A program made the position numbers and the translations under genes. A stretch of DNA of 63,320 nt, the filler included, from Globobulimina sp. (lineage: Eukaryota): NCBI GenBank assembly GCA_003354225.1. It is 56 parts of 56 records of this genome, joined end to end, with 100 filler letters (N's around TTAATTAATTAA, not from the genome) between each part and the next. Parts side by side here need not be neighbours in the genome. Positions count along the whole stretch, not along the records: positions 11,334 to 12,366 come from PIVH01025274.1; positions 12,467 to 13,499 come from PIVH01025275.1; positions 13,600 to 14,632 come from PIVH01025276.1; positions 14,733 to 15,765 come from PIVH01025277.1; positions 15,866 to 16,898 come from PIVH01025278.1; positions 16,999 to 18,031 come from PIVH01025279.1; positions 18,132 to 19,164 come from PIVH01025280.1; positions 19,265 to 20,297 come from PIVH01025281.1; 48 more parts are not named here. One strand, written 5' to 3'. Below, in pieces: positions 11,334 to 23,912 of this stretch. A model generated the notes under the pieces. It ran no database searches and was not told where the DNA came from. It worked only from the letters and a program-made list of their open reading frames with translations. Every line of letters begins with the position of its first letter. Position 1 is the stretch's first letter.

Positions 11334-11620
11334 AGAAGTGCAAGAGCCATTCTCTCTGTAAATGCACTTTTAATAGCTTTGGTAAGCTGATTATAATTCA
11401 CTCCGATTGCCCGAAACTGTGAATAAAAAGAAGTCAGGCGCATGTAATAATCCACTGTTCCTTTATCAATTTTCACCACTTTAACTGGCTTCTCAAACAG
11501 GGTTGCCGTAATAAAATGTGCTTTTACCTCCATTCCCGAAGCTTCAAAAAGGGATAGAAACCGGGCATTATCGACATCGTTTAAGCTGATTGCGTACCTG
11601 TGTTTGCAAGGGTCTATTTT
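11334..11620 (-). CDS. mobA: Bacteroidetes conjugative-transposon mobilisation protein MobA, fragment
   Basis: IDPCKHRYAISLNDVDNARFLSLFEASGM...KAHFITATLF...DYYMRLTSFYSQFRAIGVNYNQ. Confidence 0.85.
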
Positions 11621-11701
11621 GGCTCACATTACATAGCTGATACTGTTGTGGGCGGTATAATGGGCTTTATTGTGACATGGGCTATTAACTGTTTCAATTA
11701 A
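11603..11701 (+). CDS. PAP2-family phosphatase C-terminal fragment
   Basis: FARVYFGSHYIADTVVGGIMG matches PAP2 motif 3 (R-x5-H-x3-D-x3-G); eukaryote-like T-rich UTR follows. Confidence 0.7.
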   Translation, partial: FARVYFGSHYIADTVVGGIMGFIVTWAINCFN

Positions 11702-12468
11702 CACAAATATTCTACACATTATACCATACACAATAACACACACACATTTTTATCGTTTTTCACCTGCTTTTTTTTGTCTTTTGTTTGATTTGGTAGCTTC
11801 GTTATTTACTTTTTTATTGTATTTGATTAATGTTTTGTTCTATGTCTAATGTAATCCTTTATATTAATTATTAGATATGTTGATTTTGTACACGTTTTGA
11901 AAATTCACAGCTCAATGGTTTGCCTTTCTGATTAGGCGGATTCGCGTTTCTAGCAAACTGGAATAAGTATTTTATAAATTTAATAAAATTATTCAATGGC
12001 AGATGGTCGGATTTATTTTTTACTTTAGAATGCGTGTTTGAACAATTTAAAATCCTATGGATATTTACATGTAGTGCAAGGATAATGTATACAGTTTCAA
12101 AGAAAAGTGTTTCAAACAGGTCCTATTCCAAAGTAATCCTATCAAATGATCACGTTTTCAAAAAAATTAAATTGATATAAATATTAAGTTACGATAACAA
12201 TAATTTACAATATGTTTCATCGATCATCTCAGCATCACATATAAACAATTCTATCTCCACGAATTACTGGTCTCTCTCCACGAAGACACTGAATATAAAA
12301 AATAGAATACATACTAGTATTAATTACAATTATATTTACAATTAACATACCAATCTATTTCCATTGNNNNNNNNNNNNNNNNNNNNNNNNNNNNNNNNNN
12401 NNNNNNNNNNTTAATTAATTAANNNNNNNNNNNNNNNNNNNNNNNNNNNNNNNNNNNNNNNNNNNNAA

Positions 12469-13499
12469 CTCAATGTACTGCGATATGAATATTGGAATCA
12501 TGCCACTGCTAAGTTTGCAAAGAGTGGAGCAGCAATAAACCATATACACCATCACCTATACATGCAACGGCTGATTGAATTATGCAGAAATGTCAATCTA
12601 AACCAGAAGCAATTCTGGATGGTACTCTGTGGCGCGAACTATTATAACAACGATTCTCGCACTTTTAATTACATACACAAACAAATAAATATAAACACAA
12701 CCAAACATACACTTTATAATGACCTCATATCCCAAACCCACAGATGGCTACACAATGTCAAACAAATCAATGCCGGCAAAAGTTCCATCCGACAAATCCA
12801 ATGCAAGCACAACGCAGTACCTTCGAAAATGGTCATGTTTCACATAAGAAATGATACCCTGAATGAATGGCACCATTACCAACACAAACTAAATAGTACG
12901 GATCTAATCATAGCCACGGACTCCTCCCATGACCCACAGACCAACACCACCGGGATAGGCATATACATCCAAGATAATAATAAGATATATTGCTTCTCTC
13001 AGCCAATCGGCCAACAAACCAACCATTATGGCGAACTGTATGCCATCTTCAAATCCAAATTCCTAATAAATTACCACAATATAAATATAATAAATAGAAG
13101 AATCATCATATTCACTGACTCGCTCTTTAACTTCCTTCCATTAATCATAACCCCAAAAAGACATCGAAACAATCCAATATCGATCCTATTCAAAAACACT
13201 CAGAAATATATCAAAAATAACCAGATATTACTATGGAAGGTCAAATCGCATACCAAACCACAACAACAGCCTTTTAACCAGATAGCTGATATCCTAGCAG
13301 AAATTGGAAGACAGCACCCACGTAATTCCAGCCTAATCACCACCAACTATAACTCTATCCGGTATGCCAAATCCAAATCATTTTACTATAATTGGGGTAT
13401 CTATCCCCACCAACTTTATTCTCTCGCCGGGATGTTTAAGCAATCGGTGAGTATGGAGCCAGATTTAGACCCTGGCTGAATGTTGCTTCACTACTACTA
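12469..13499 (+). mobile_element. Non-LTR retrotransposon 3' end: ORF2 C-terminus with RNase H, 11-nt 3' UTR and (CTA)n tail
   Basis: RNase H motifs IATDSS, TNHYGELYAI, IFTDSL, WKVKSH and NQIADILA; stop at 13477-13479; CTACTACTA at 13491-13499. Confidence 0.85.
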
Positions 13500-14732
13500 N
13501 NNNNNNNNNNNNNNNNNNNNNNNNNNNNNNNNNNNNNNNNNNNTTAATTAATTAANNNNNNNNNNNNNNNNNNNNNNNNNNNNNNNNNNNNNNNNNNNNA
13601 TGTCAAGGATAAAACAATATAAAATAGCACACATATGATTGATACGAATATAAACCTGATTTAGTGACAGGAACAATTGTGGTGTGCTTGTCTGGAGTGC
13701 ACGCAACCGAACTTTGAATGAGTTGTGGCATTATCTCGTTCAATATTTCAATAACAAGCTCACAGCTTTACTTAACTGTTTTTTTTTGGCATTTACCCAA
13801 CATATGTTCCTTCTCAATGTTCTCATGTTCCTCGGTGACACCACATACCAGCGCGGTGGGTGGGTGGGTGCGGTGGTTGGTGCGGGTGTGAAGGTGGGTG
13901 CTGGTTGGGGGTATATTTAGATTGCTTGTTTGACGACATTATGACTGTCAAGAGCGACTACAGGAGAGTGATTTGCCCAGAACTGGCTGAGAATCAAAAT
14001 TACTTTTTTTGTTCTTTGTTTTTTTAAAAATGTGATTATTATTTCAGAAATAAAACTTTTCTCAAAAATGTTTTGATATGCATCCAATTTAAAAGCTCCA
14101 ACAAATACAAATTGTTTTATTCACCATGGTTCGGAATAGAAACATCAGATAATTTGAAGTAACTCTTTCTCTATTTACATATTGATTAAATATTCATTCC
14201 TGTTTTTGTTAATAATAATATTTCTTCAATGATTTCTTAAACCCTTTGATCGATTCCCAATGGAATTCCACTTATTTTTTATTATATTCCGAATTAATTT
14301 CCCCATTTTGTTCCATCAAAAAACATGTAAAATAATAATAATTCCAATTGGTACCCGTTTTGGCGTTTTCCCTCTCATTTCATACGACCTGTGATTGACT
14401 ATTTTGATTATGAGGACGGATTATAATACTCCATGCTCGACCTTTGCAGTTCTTTAATTCCCAAAACAAAAACTTTTCAGTTCTTCTCTTTCAGTCGCCA
14501 TGGAATGGATATCGGTTATAAACTGGTAAAATAAACACAGAAAGTGTCCGCTATAGAGGAAGCAGCGTTGTTGATCCTTCTGTCGGATCCAATACGTCCA
14601 TTGTTCAACCCCTAAAATAGGTTCAGCATTATNNNNNNNNNNNNNNNNNNNNNNNNNNNNNNNNNNNNNNNNNNNNTTAATTAATTAANNNNNNNNNNNN
14701 NNNNNNNNNNNNNNNNNNNNNNNNNNNNNNNN

Positions 14733-14952
14733 GAGTTAAATCAGTCGCTGCCTGTATTTCAACTTCTGCTCCTCTGCAGGTGCCGTACGATGTATCAAAA
14801 TCACCATCACAATGTATAATGCATGGTTCAGTATAAGAGCAATATATTGATGTAGTAGCACATGAATATGAACCTTGGCAGTCTTGCGTATCTGATTGAA
14901 TACAAAGGAATGAAATTGGCATCAATAAAAAAGAAAAGGTGACATGATTCAT
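14733..14952 (-). CDS. Secreted Cys-repeat protein N-terminus (C.G..SC-type repeats)
   Basis: Signal-like MNHVTFSFLLMPISFLCIQS followed by CQGSYSC...C...C...CDG...C. Confidence 0.5.
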
Positions 14953-15867
14953 GCCCTCTGCTTCAAAAGTTTTTTTCCATCCCATGATATCTCGCATGAA
15001 ATATGTTTGTCAGAATATTTTTTTATTATAGCCTACAAAATCAAATTGAAAATAACATAACGAACAAATAACATTGATGTGCGTGATAGTAAAATCCAGA
15101 ATATGATGCAGACCCCTCTGTAGTTTCCATTTTTATACATTTTAGAATTCAGAAAAAAGACAAGATCACTAAAAAACTGTACATTTTCTAAACAATTATG
15201 CGGATCAATTATGAATAATTGGCAATTAATTTTTCTATATTTATCAAAATCCGATACAATGTCTTCTATATAAACAAAGAAAAACATTATTAATAAAATA
15301 TTAAATGATGTATTCAAGACAGTTAATAATAACATTCGTGTTTGTTATTTATCCTCCTGGGAAGAAGCGTAACGTAGTAAGCTCTTCCATGGAGTTATGT
15401 CAAAATTATTGTGAACTAGCTACTTTTATTTGAGGACTTTTTTGTTCTTCAAATCGTCTAGATTTCGATTACTTTCCCTGTAGAATAGGGTTTTTGCTTT
15501 TAGTTCATTTCTTCAATGAACGCTTTGATAATTGAAGAAAAAAAAACTTTTGTCATTTAGAAACATAACATTTTGCTTTCATCATGGCACTCAGCGAATT
15601 ACAAATGCAATCTCAATCCAATGCACAGTCCACAAACTCCTGCCTAGCTCAAGTAGAGCACTGGATAGATATATCCAGAAGATTCAGGTTCAAATTATTT
15701 ATTATTATAGGTATTTATTATGGTTTCATGGACAGATTGGCGCAGTCTTTGCGATATTGCATCGTNNNNNNNNNNNNNNNNNNNNNNNNNNNNNNNNNNN
15801 NNNNNNNNNTTAATTAATTAANNNNNNNNNNNNNNNNNNNNNNNNNNNNNNNNNNNNNNNNNNNNTG

Positions 15868-16850
15868 GATGCATATATTGCATATTCACCCTCAGAAAAT
15901 GCAAAATACTTAAAACAACACTCAGCCTCAAAAAACACAGAATCGATCGCCGCAACAAGAACATCAAACATCGTACCACGTCCACCACTATTCACCGCAC
16001 CACAGCCACAGCCACAACCACAACGACAACGACAACGACAAACCCCGACTCCCACGGAATTCCACGCAGATTCGCAGGCTGAGCTGCCAATCCCCATTCA
16101 ATTCTATCCCCATCCAATTGGAGATGGCATAGGCGACGAAATACCGTTATCATACAGCGACTTATCCACATTGCGCGAAGGCGATATTTTATACATATTG
16201 GATGAGGACAGTTTGATGGGTTGGTCTCGCGTTAAATTCATCGCTTTGGAAGAAGACGGCTTTCGCTTTTGTACAAATATAGTGATCCCCGATCAGAATG
16301 ATAAATTCGAGGAGATATTTTATAATACGTTCGGCGATGAGGATATGCCCATTATTTACACAGAGAGCAATTATAAACACGCAAACGAGGCCATATTGAC
16401 AGCGCCCACTAAGCACGAAATCGATTATACTTTGCGAGATTTTGAGTATAAAATTGGAGGCAAAATATTTGTGTATGATGATGCGAATAATTTTATATTT
16501 TATAACATCGAGTCGTATGATGCCAACACAACGAAAGCGACCTTGAAGGATAACAACGGCATTATGAGCTGTTTATATTTGAAACATTATAAGCATGAAA
16601 GCGCAGATACTCAGTCGAAGGCCATTGCCATTGTCAATGATAAGAATGAAAACGAGAATGAATATAAAAGCGAGGAGAAGGTGCCTGGAATGGAGAGAAT
16701 TGGACAATATATTGCTATGAAGGAGATTCGCGGCGAGTTTGTATGGTTGAAGAGGACCAATGGAATGAAATTAAAATGGATAAGTTATAAAAATACATTG
16801 CTGGGCGCCATTACTGTGGGCACCAAACATTTGTATCCCATATCATTGGG
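15868..16850 (+). CDS. Hypothetical eukaryotic protein fragment (Pro/Gln linker plus globular region)
   Basis: Frame open from the contig start for more than 320 codons; no recognised motif. Confidence 0.55.
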
Positions 16851-16998
16851 TCTGTTTAGTTTTTTTTCCGCGGAGTTTCTGTGTTTTTCGATCTGAATNN
16901 NNNNNNNNNNNNNNNNNNNNNNNNNNNNNNNNNNNNNNNNNNTTAATTAATTAANNNNNNNNNNNNNNNNNNNNNNNNNNNNNNNNNNNNNNNNNNNN

Positions 16999-17132
16999 AT
17001 GGGGTTCCCTATCGTTTCTCGGGGTTCCCTTCAATCTAAATGGGGTTCCCTATCGTTTCTCGGGGTTCCCTTCAATCTAAATGGGGTTCCCTATCGTTTC
17101 TTTGGGTTCCCTTATTCATCAAATGGGGTTCC
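16999..17132. repeat. 41-bp tandem repeat, about 3.3 copies
   Basis: ATGGGGTTCCCTATCGTTTCTCGGGGTTCCCTTCAATCTAA at 16999, 17040 and 17081 (third copy diverged). Confidence 0.9.
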
Positions 17133-17135
17133 TAC

Positions 17136-17945
17136 CAGTGTTGTGCCTAGCTAAAAATTTCGAAACTAGGTAAGTAAAAGTAAGTAAAAAAATTTTTTCA
17201 CAAACTAGGTAAGTAAAAGTAAGTACCTAGTTTTTTCATAAAAACTAGGTAGTACTCGGTACTTTTTTTCGAGTACTCGGTAATTTTACCTAGTTTTTTA
17301 CCTAGTTAAAACTAGGTAAAAACGAGGTAAAAAACTAGGTAAAAGGATAAATAATTTTTTTTTCAAAGGAATCTAGATAGTCATGACTTGACAGTAAAAG
17401 AAGCACTCATCTACTTGAATAGATGAAGAGATTTAGGATTCGGGGTGTGCTAACCTTGTCTGACAATGATATTTGATTAAATTGTCGATCGATTATCGCA
17501 AATATACTCAAATAATAATTCATAATTTCCGATATTTTCGCAAAAAATAAATACATTAACATCTAAATTGAAACTAAGAGGCTTCGAAAGGGACACCAAG
17601 TTTAAAAGTACAAGATTCGTAAGAGAAAAAACTTGTCACTTTTATGCGAAGAGGTGCAACTTATCGCTTTTATGTGGCTTTTGAACCAACTCTGCCTGAC
17701 GAAAATTTTTTTGATGTGGAAACATGACGAAAATTGAGTATTTTTAGCTTTTAAGCCAACTCTGTCTGACAAATTTTTTTTGATGTTGTGAAAACATAAG
17801 GAAAATTGCGTATTTTTAGCTTTTGAAATGCAAAAATGAACCACTTTTACCGAGTAAACAACTAGGTAAATTACCGAGTACCTAGTTAAAAGTACTCGGT
17901 AAAGCCATTAAAATAAACTAGGTAAAAGTAAACTAGGTAAGTTAA
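17136..17945. mobile_element. Non-autonomous DNA-transposon-like element with clustered subterminal repeats
   Basis: Begins CAGTGTTG. ACTAGGTAA/ACTCGGTA motifs in both orientations cluster at 17165-17345 and 17845-17945. Confidence 0.55.
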
Positions 17946-18131
17946 GTACATTGAGGTGTAATTCTGCCAGTCTGTATGTACTGACATTTTCTCTGACAAA
18001 ACATTTAAAGCTTCATCTAAACCCACGTTTGNNNNNNNNNNNNNNNNNNNNNNNNNNNNNNNNNNNNNNNNNNNNTTAATTAATTAANNNNNNNNNNNNN
18101 NNNNNNNNNNNNNNNNNNNNNNNNNNNNNNN

Positions 18132-19160
18132 AAATATGTCAATATCAAATATTACGAAGCCCACGTCCATGATACCAAAAAAAATGCGCAAGAAAAGAAA
18201 ATGAACAGCCAATACGGTGAAGGCAGAGCGATAAGAAAATCGTTCGGAAAGGCATTCATCATCGAAAACAAATCAAATGATGAACAATCACAACCTGGCT
18301 CTGAAGAACAAAATAATGATTCAGACACTGAAATGGTTTCTAACGAAGAGAAAGAGGAAGAATTGGAAGAGAATAAAATAAATGACGAAGCAATCCAAAT
18401 ATACAACCTCTATAATAACATTAAGGATAAAAAAATAATCGACACCTTCCAAAATCGCACATGTTTAGCTGCATTAGAGGCAATCCAAGCCCTCAAACAA
18501 CAAAACAGGATACCGGATAACAAAATGATTGAAAGATGGGCAAATATGATATTCTATTTCGCAAAGAATAACGATCAATTTGACACACCAAACTGTGGAT
18601 GGCTCGACAGCGATATATTGGAATCGGATGTAAAAAGAATCTGCGGTAATGACTTTAAAATATCAATTTCAAATTTATATGATAAAATAGATAGTATCGA
18701 TGATATCCCCGATTCTGTATTGTGGAAATGCACTGTCGAAGGATCACACCGTGTTTTCATCCATTGCTTCAATGATCTGACAATTGGAACTGAAAAATTT
18801 GAAATATTGGAATATGAGCCCAATTTCAAAAAACAATGGATGAGGGACAACCTGAGACTTTGTCCGCTTTGTGGCCATCCATGCCACCAACTATGGATTT
18901 GCGATAAGTTCCTCCATCAACAAAGCCTGACAAAAACCAAACAAATCAAAGAATGGGTGGCAGAAGGAAAGAGGGAAGCGTTTATTAAGCATAATATCAA
19001 GAACATCAAAACTGAAATATGTATTGTATGTCAGCGCTGGCATCCAGATGAAAAATTATGCCCGAATATACCGCATTGTGCAGGCTGTGGCGACGGCCAC
19101 ATCCTATCTATTAATAATACAGTAGTGTTCCCGATAAGAGATACGCATATGATTAGCTAA
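18132..19160 (+). mobile_element. LINE ORF1 (gag-like nucleic-acid-binding protein) with three Zn knuckles
   Basis: CPLCGHPCHQLWIC (CX2CX4HX4C), CIVCQRWHPDEKLC and CAGCGDGH. Confidence 0.7.
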
Positions 19161-19264
19161 TATANNNNNNNNNNNNNNNNNNNNNNNNNNNNNNNNNNNN
19201 NNNNNNNNTTAATTAATTAANNNNNNNNNNNNNNNNNNNNNNNNNNNNNNNNNNNNNNNNNNNN

Positions 19265-20181
19265 TACTTGTACTTCTACAGTGCCAGTATCTTTGGTGTA
19301 GCCAAGTACATTGATTATCAGCATATCGATGGCAACAAACAAATACCTCTCAATTCATGCAAAAATTATGCAGTTTTTTGTGTTTCCGGTGCTGGAAATT
19401 CAGTTAATTCGCATTTAATTGCAAGGCATGCATCAAATCCAGATTTTAGCTATTTACATGTTGCCAGAGATGTTGATAGTGATTCATCCTTTTGTGTCTC
19501 TAAAAAATATGGCGTATTTTTTACATCAAATAACGGCACAGTGTTATACCAATCACCTCATTTAGAATCTGAATCTGCGGAAAAAGTATTGCAGATAATA
19601 CCAAATATATAAAGGTATTCAGTTATACATAATACTAAAAACGAAATACAAAATGTAACCAAAATATGCAATATTGTTTACGATGAATCATATGGAATAT
19701 CCGGCCGATTGTTGCTATTTTGTCAAACAAATGATGCAAAAAATAAATACATTATTCATCAAATATTTTGTTATGATGATTTTATTCATTTTATGCCTGA
19801 CAATGTTTGGAATGTCTATTTTTATCAAATGTTATATGGCGATGATATTATGCAACAATTAGTATCTTCAAAAATAAAATCAAAGCAATATCAACAAAAT
19901 GTACAACCAAAAATGCAAAATGAAATTGTCAAAGCACAAATTCGCGAACAACAAGAAGTTATTGGTTGGCTGACATATACTGTACGTTTACCACAATGGT
20001 AAATAATCTAAATACTCATTATTTGGCACAAATTGCGATTTTTCAAATTGGCCATCAATCACAAATTATCAATGAAATTGAAAAATTAAATAAAAATAAG
20101 AATGTAAGAAAAAGAAATCATGCTAATGATAATCTGAATGGAAATGATAGAAAACGAAGAAAATTAAATAATCCGAAATAA
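19265..20181 (+). pseudogene. Disrupted ORF of unknown family
   Basis: 19268..19612 and 19709..20002 share a frame separated by a single TAA; reading continues in another frame near 19995. Confidence 0.4.
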
Positions 20182-20476
20182 GTGATTTTTGTTAGGGACA
20201 ATATTATATTATTTATTTAAAAGCAATTTTTTACCTTTATCACGCACTACGACAGTGCCATAAACAGCCTACTTGAAACACCCCGTGTTGGAATAATNNN
20301 NNNNNNNNNNNNNNNNNNNNNNNNNNNNNNNNNNNNNNNNNTTAATTAATTAANNNNNNNNNNNNNNNNNNNNNNNNNNNNNNNNNNNNNNNNNNNNACT
20401 GGTCTGACATTGTAACCATTCTCCAACGTCAAAGTCAAGTACAGTTATCAATAACAATTATCAAACTAATCGATAC

Positions 20477-21430
20477 ATGACTGAAATCAATCCATTTACC
20501 GAAAACAGAACAGCATGGCTTGTATGTAATGTATGCGTCAAATACATGAAATACATTAAATACATGTTAACAAACCAGAGTACAACAGGCAGTCAGATAT
20601 TCTTTATGCAACTTGGTTTTCTGTGTTATGAAGCTGGATTTGTTCAACCTGTATGGACACAATCTATTATTCTCAAAAACATTGAGGATACTTTTGTTGT
20701 TAAGTCATTAATATAAAAACAACAATGAACAACAGAAACAAAACAAGTAAAAAATATTCAGGGAGTTCTGACTTTTTTAGCATTCGGTTATACGCTTTCT
20801 GAATCAGAGCACAGTTTTTATGGAATTATATCTATTCCAACCAATCCATTGTTAATTGGAATTGACCCTCATTTGCACGATCGAATACTAATATCAGTTT
20901 GGTGTTTTTCCGTCAGATTTTGTGTTTTTCCGTCGTTTTCTGTCTATTAATATTTGACTATCTCAACAATGTATTTTCTATACATTGAAACAGGCATTCT
21001 TCGCGTCGACATGTGCCAGTTTAGTAAGATATATTTTTGTTATGTTTGCAATATAAAAAAGTAACAATATCTCAATGCAGCAATAATAAGCGGAGCAGTT
21101 TTAGAACGAATGAAAAATAAAGTATACATAATATGGTGTTTATTAATAATTATTATAAATTATTCATTTGTGAGTCATTGGGTGTGGCACCCCGATGGTT
21201 GGCTGAGTAAGTTAGGTTTTGTAGATGGCGCCGGTGCCGTTGTAGTGCACTCAACCGCTGGCATGGCAGGTTTAGTAGCGGTCTGGAGACTGGGTCCCAG
21301 GAAGCAATCCCTTGACAAACATGGTAATTTATTAGCTGGTCAACAAGCATCGCGACCTATTATTCATGTAACGGGTGCATTTTTTTTGTGGTACGGCTGG
21401 TTTGCATTCAATGTGGCATCACCGATTGCA
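20477..21430 (+). CDS. amt: Ammonium transporter (Amt family), four introns, 3' partial
   Basis: Spliced reading gives IFFMQLGFLCYEAG...ILKNIED, AFGY, FASTCATIISGAVLERM, HWVW...GWL...DGAGAVVVHS...LGPR and LWYGWFAFN. Confidence 0.95.
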
Positions 21431-22299
21431 NNNNNNNNNNNNNNNNNNNNNNNNNNNNNNNNNNNNNNNNNNNNTTAATTAATTAANNNNNNNNNNNNNN
21501 NNNNNNNNNNNNNNNNNNNNNNNNNNNNNNAATAAAAGAACTACAAAGAATGGAGGAATCTATGGATAAAAGACCGAGTGTATCAAAATCAAAATCGCTA
21601 TCTGATGGAATAAGACTTAATAAATCCAATGGCAATCATCTCTCGCCAATAACCGAGATTGTAGTGGCGAAAAATGAGGCAAATGGATTAACAGATAAAA
21701 TGACATGGACTCAACAAATGTTACAATTGCATGTAATGCATCATTCGTTAATAATGGGGCAAATGCCACCGCCAATTGCAATTAATGCAACTGTTACAAA
21801 TACAATGCTATCACCACTTGCAAACAAAAAGAAAACAAGATCAGCAACAGAGATATCGCAATTGTCAGAGGCAGAGGCAATGTGATATTGTTAGTGTGAC
21901 TTAAATGTTTTAATGTACAAATACGTATTTTTAAATTAATGAAAAAAAGTTATGAATTGGGTATGTTTATTTTTTTCAGAGTCAAAATAATGAACATAGC
22001 CATTCTTAAGTTTTTTCGTTAATGTTCACATATTTCTAATTTTTGTTTGGTATTTAGTTGAATTGAATAGTTTACACCGTTGACATATTTTTTTGCAACA
22101 AGTCATGACTTTTTTCTTTGTCTTTATGAAATGGCAACTTCCATAAACCTCACACACCAATCGTGATTTTTTATTGTATACTGAGTCTAAAGAAGCTGCA
22201 AAATATGGATCTCTTCTTGAAGTAAACAACATACCTGTAAACAATGTTAGTAGTACTCAGTAAACCACTCTCGCTAACACAAAAACCTTGCCAATCGAT

Positions 22300-22349
22300 G
22301 AAATGAAACGAAATGAAACGAAACGAAACGAAACGAAACGAAACGAAAC
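22300..22349. repeat. (GAAAC/GAAAT)n microsatellite
   Basis: Direct reading. Confidence 0.9.
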
Positions 22350-22708
22350 TAAGCCAAAAAAGTTAAATGAACTGGACCCTTTATTCATATGTACTAACAT
22401 TGTTCGCAGGTGTTATTTGCTTCAAGTAGAGATCCATATTTTGCAGCTCCTTCTTTGGACTCGGTATACAATAAAAAATCACGATTGGTGTATGAGGTTT
22501 ATGGAAGGAGTTGGTAAAATATCATATATATAATCCTTAGTTTAAGGGAAAAAAGTCATGACCNNNNNNNNNNNNNNNNNNNNNNNNNNNNNNNNNNNNN
22601 NNNNNNNTTAATTAATTAANNNNNNNNNNNNNNNNNNNNNNNNNNNNNNNNNNNNNNNNNNNNAAAAAGCCTATTTTTATTTGAATTAACAACATATACT
22701 TTGACACC

Positions 22709-23497
22709 ATGGACGCGTTGCAAGTAAAATACGATGCATTACAAGCAAACTACGAAGCTTTGCGCATCGATCTGAAACAAAAAGACAAAATTATTGTTTC
22801 ATTAACGGAACAAAACAGGAAGCTCCAAGCAACGGTGGAGAGCTATGAACCCAATTCGAGTAATAACAGTTCCTTTGATTCTGTTTCAAGCAAAAGTGTC
22901 TATGACACAAATTTGGAAATGATAAACGAATCAGTCACCAAGGATGAATATAAATTCATGGAAGACTTAAGCAGAGCGAAGCACCTATTCAATGATAACA
23001 ATTTACTTCTTGAGCCACGAAGCAATATCATCAAGAAAGCGCATACCGATGCGGAAGAAGAATATTTTTTATTGACAGTGCTTTCGTGCAAAATAGATTT
23101 AGCCACCAAAGGCTGTTCGAATGCCGCTGTGTCTGACGTGGAGCCACAAATATTATGGAATCGGGCTCAAGAACAAAGTATATCTATGCACCAATTCCAT
23201 GATTGGATCATGAGTGAATTATTGAAGGTGTATACGGAAACACAAAGTGAGTCAACGCCAATTGCGCATAAATGGAATACGGCACTTTCACACCAATCGA
23301 AATCTAAATCTAAATCTATTGCCAATATATATGATAGCATCAATAACGAAGTTAGTACGCGTATTGAAAAAAGAATGGATGCACAAAAAACAGAAAAATA
23401 TGTGACTACATATACAAACTCGTCGCCCCGGCAAATGAAGGATGAGGAACAAATATTATCCGACGAGGAGGATGAATCTGATTTCGATTATTTGTGA
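22709..23497 (+). CDS. Hypothetical protein with N-terminal coiled coil and acidic tail
   Basis: Complete 262-aa ATG-to-stop ORF with a heptad-like N-terminus. Confidence 0.7.
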   Translation: MDALQVKYDALQANYEALRIDLKQKDKIIVSLTEQNRKLQATVESYEPNSSNNSSFDSVSSKSVYDTNLEMINESVTKDEYKFMEDLSRAKHLFNDNNLLLEPRSNIIKKAHTDAEEEYFLLTVLSCKIDLATKGCSNAAVSDVEPQILWNRAQEQSISMHQFHDWIMSELLKVYTETQSESTPIAHKWNTALSHQSKSKSKSIANIYDSINNEVSTRIEKRMDAQKTEKYVTTYTNSSPRQMKDEEQILSDEEDESDFDYL

Positions 23498-23912
23498 TGA
23501 CGCGAGATACGATGTATATTACATGAGAAGACAACAGAATTGTTTTTAACTAAATATTTATTGTGTGAGCTAGTTAATTGTGACTATGTTTTTTTTTGCT
23601 GATATTTTTGTGCATTGCTAACTATTAAGTAATTTTTTAACTATTATTTATGGGTCGTTCAATTAATATTTTTATATGTTAACGCTTACAGATTGTNNNN
23701 NNNNNNNNNNNNNNNNNNNNNNNNNNNNNNNNNNNNNNNNTTAATTAATTAANNNNNNNNNNNNNNNNNNNNNNNNNNNNNNNNNNNNNNNNNNNNTAAT
23801 CTGTAAAAAACTGTAAATTCAAAGAGTTTACAGTAAAAACAGTAATTTCAAACTGAAAAGCAAAAAGTTAAATGTTACCTTTAACATTTTATTATTAACC
23901 TATTTTCCTTCC

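Noticed and set aside
10201-12366. Bacteria-to-eukaryote horizontal transfer of cheB or mobA
   Set aside because: Both partners are truncated mid-gene at short overlaps, so amplification chimeras are the simpler explanation.
13455-13479. DLDPG as a 2A ribosome-skipping peptide
   Set aside because: It lacks the D(V/I)ExNPGP consensus and is followed by a stop codon.
16999-17132. 41-bp repeats (and the 54-bp repeats at 49837) as CRISPR arrays
   Set aside because: The units are contiguous tandem copies with no unique spacers, and no cas genes are present.
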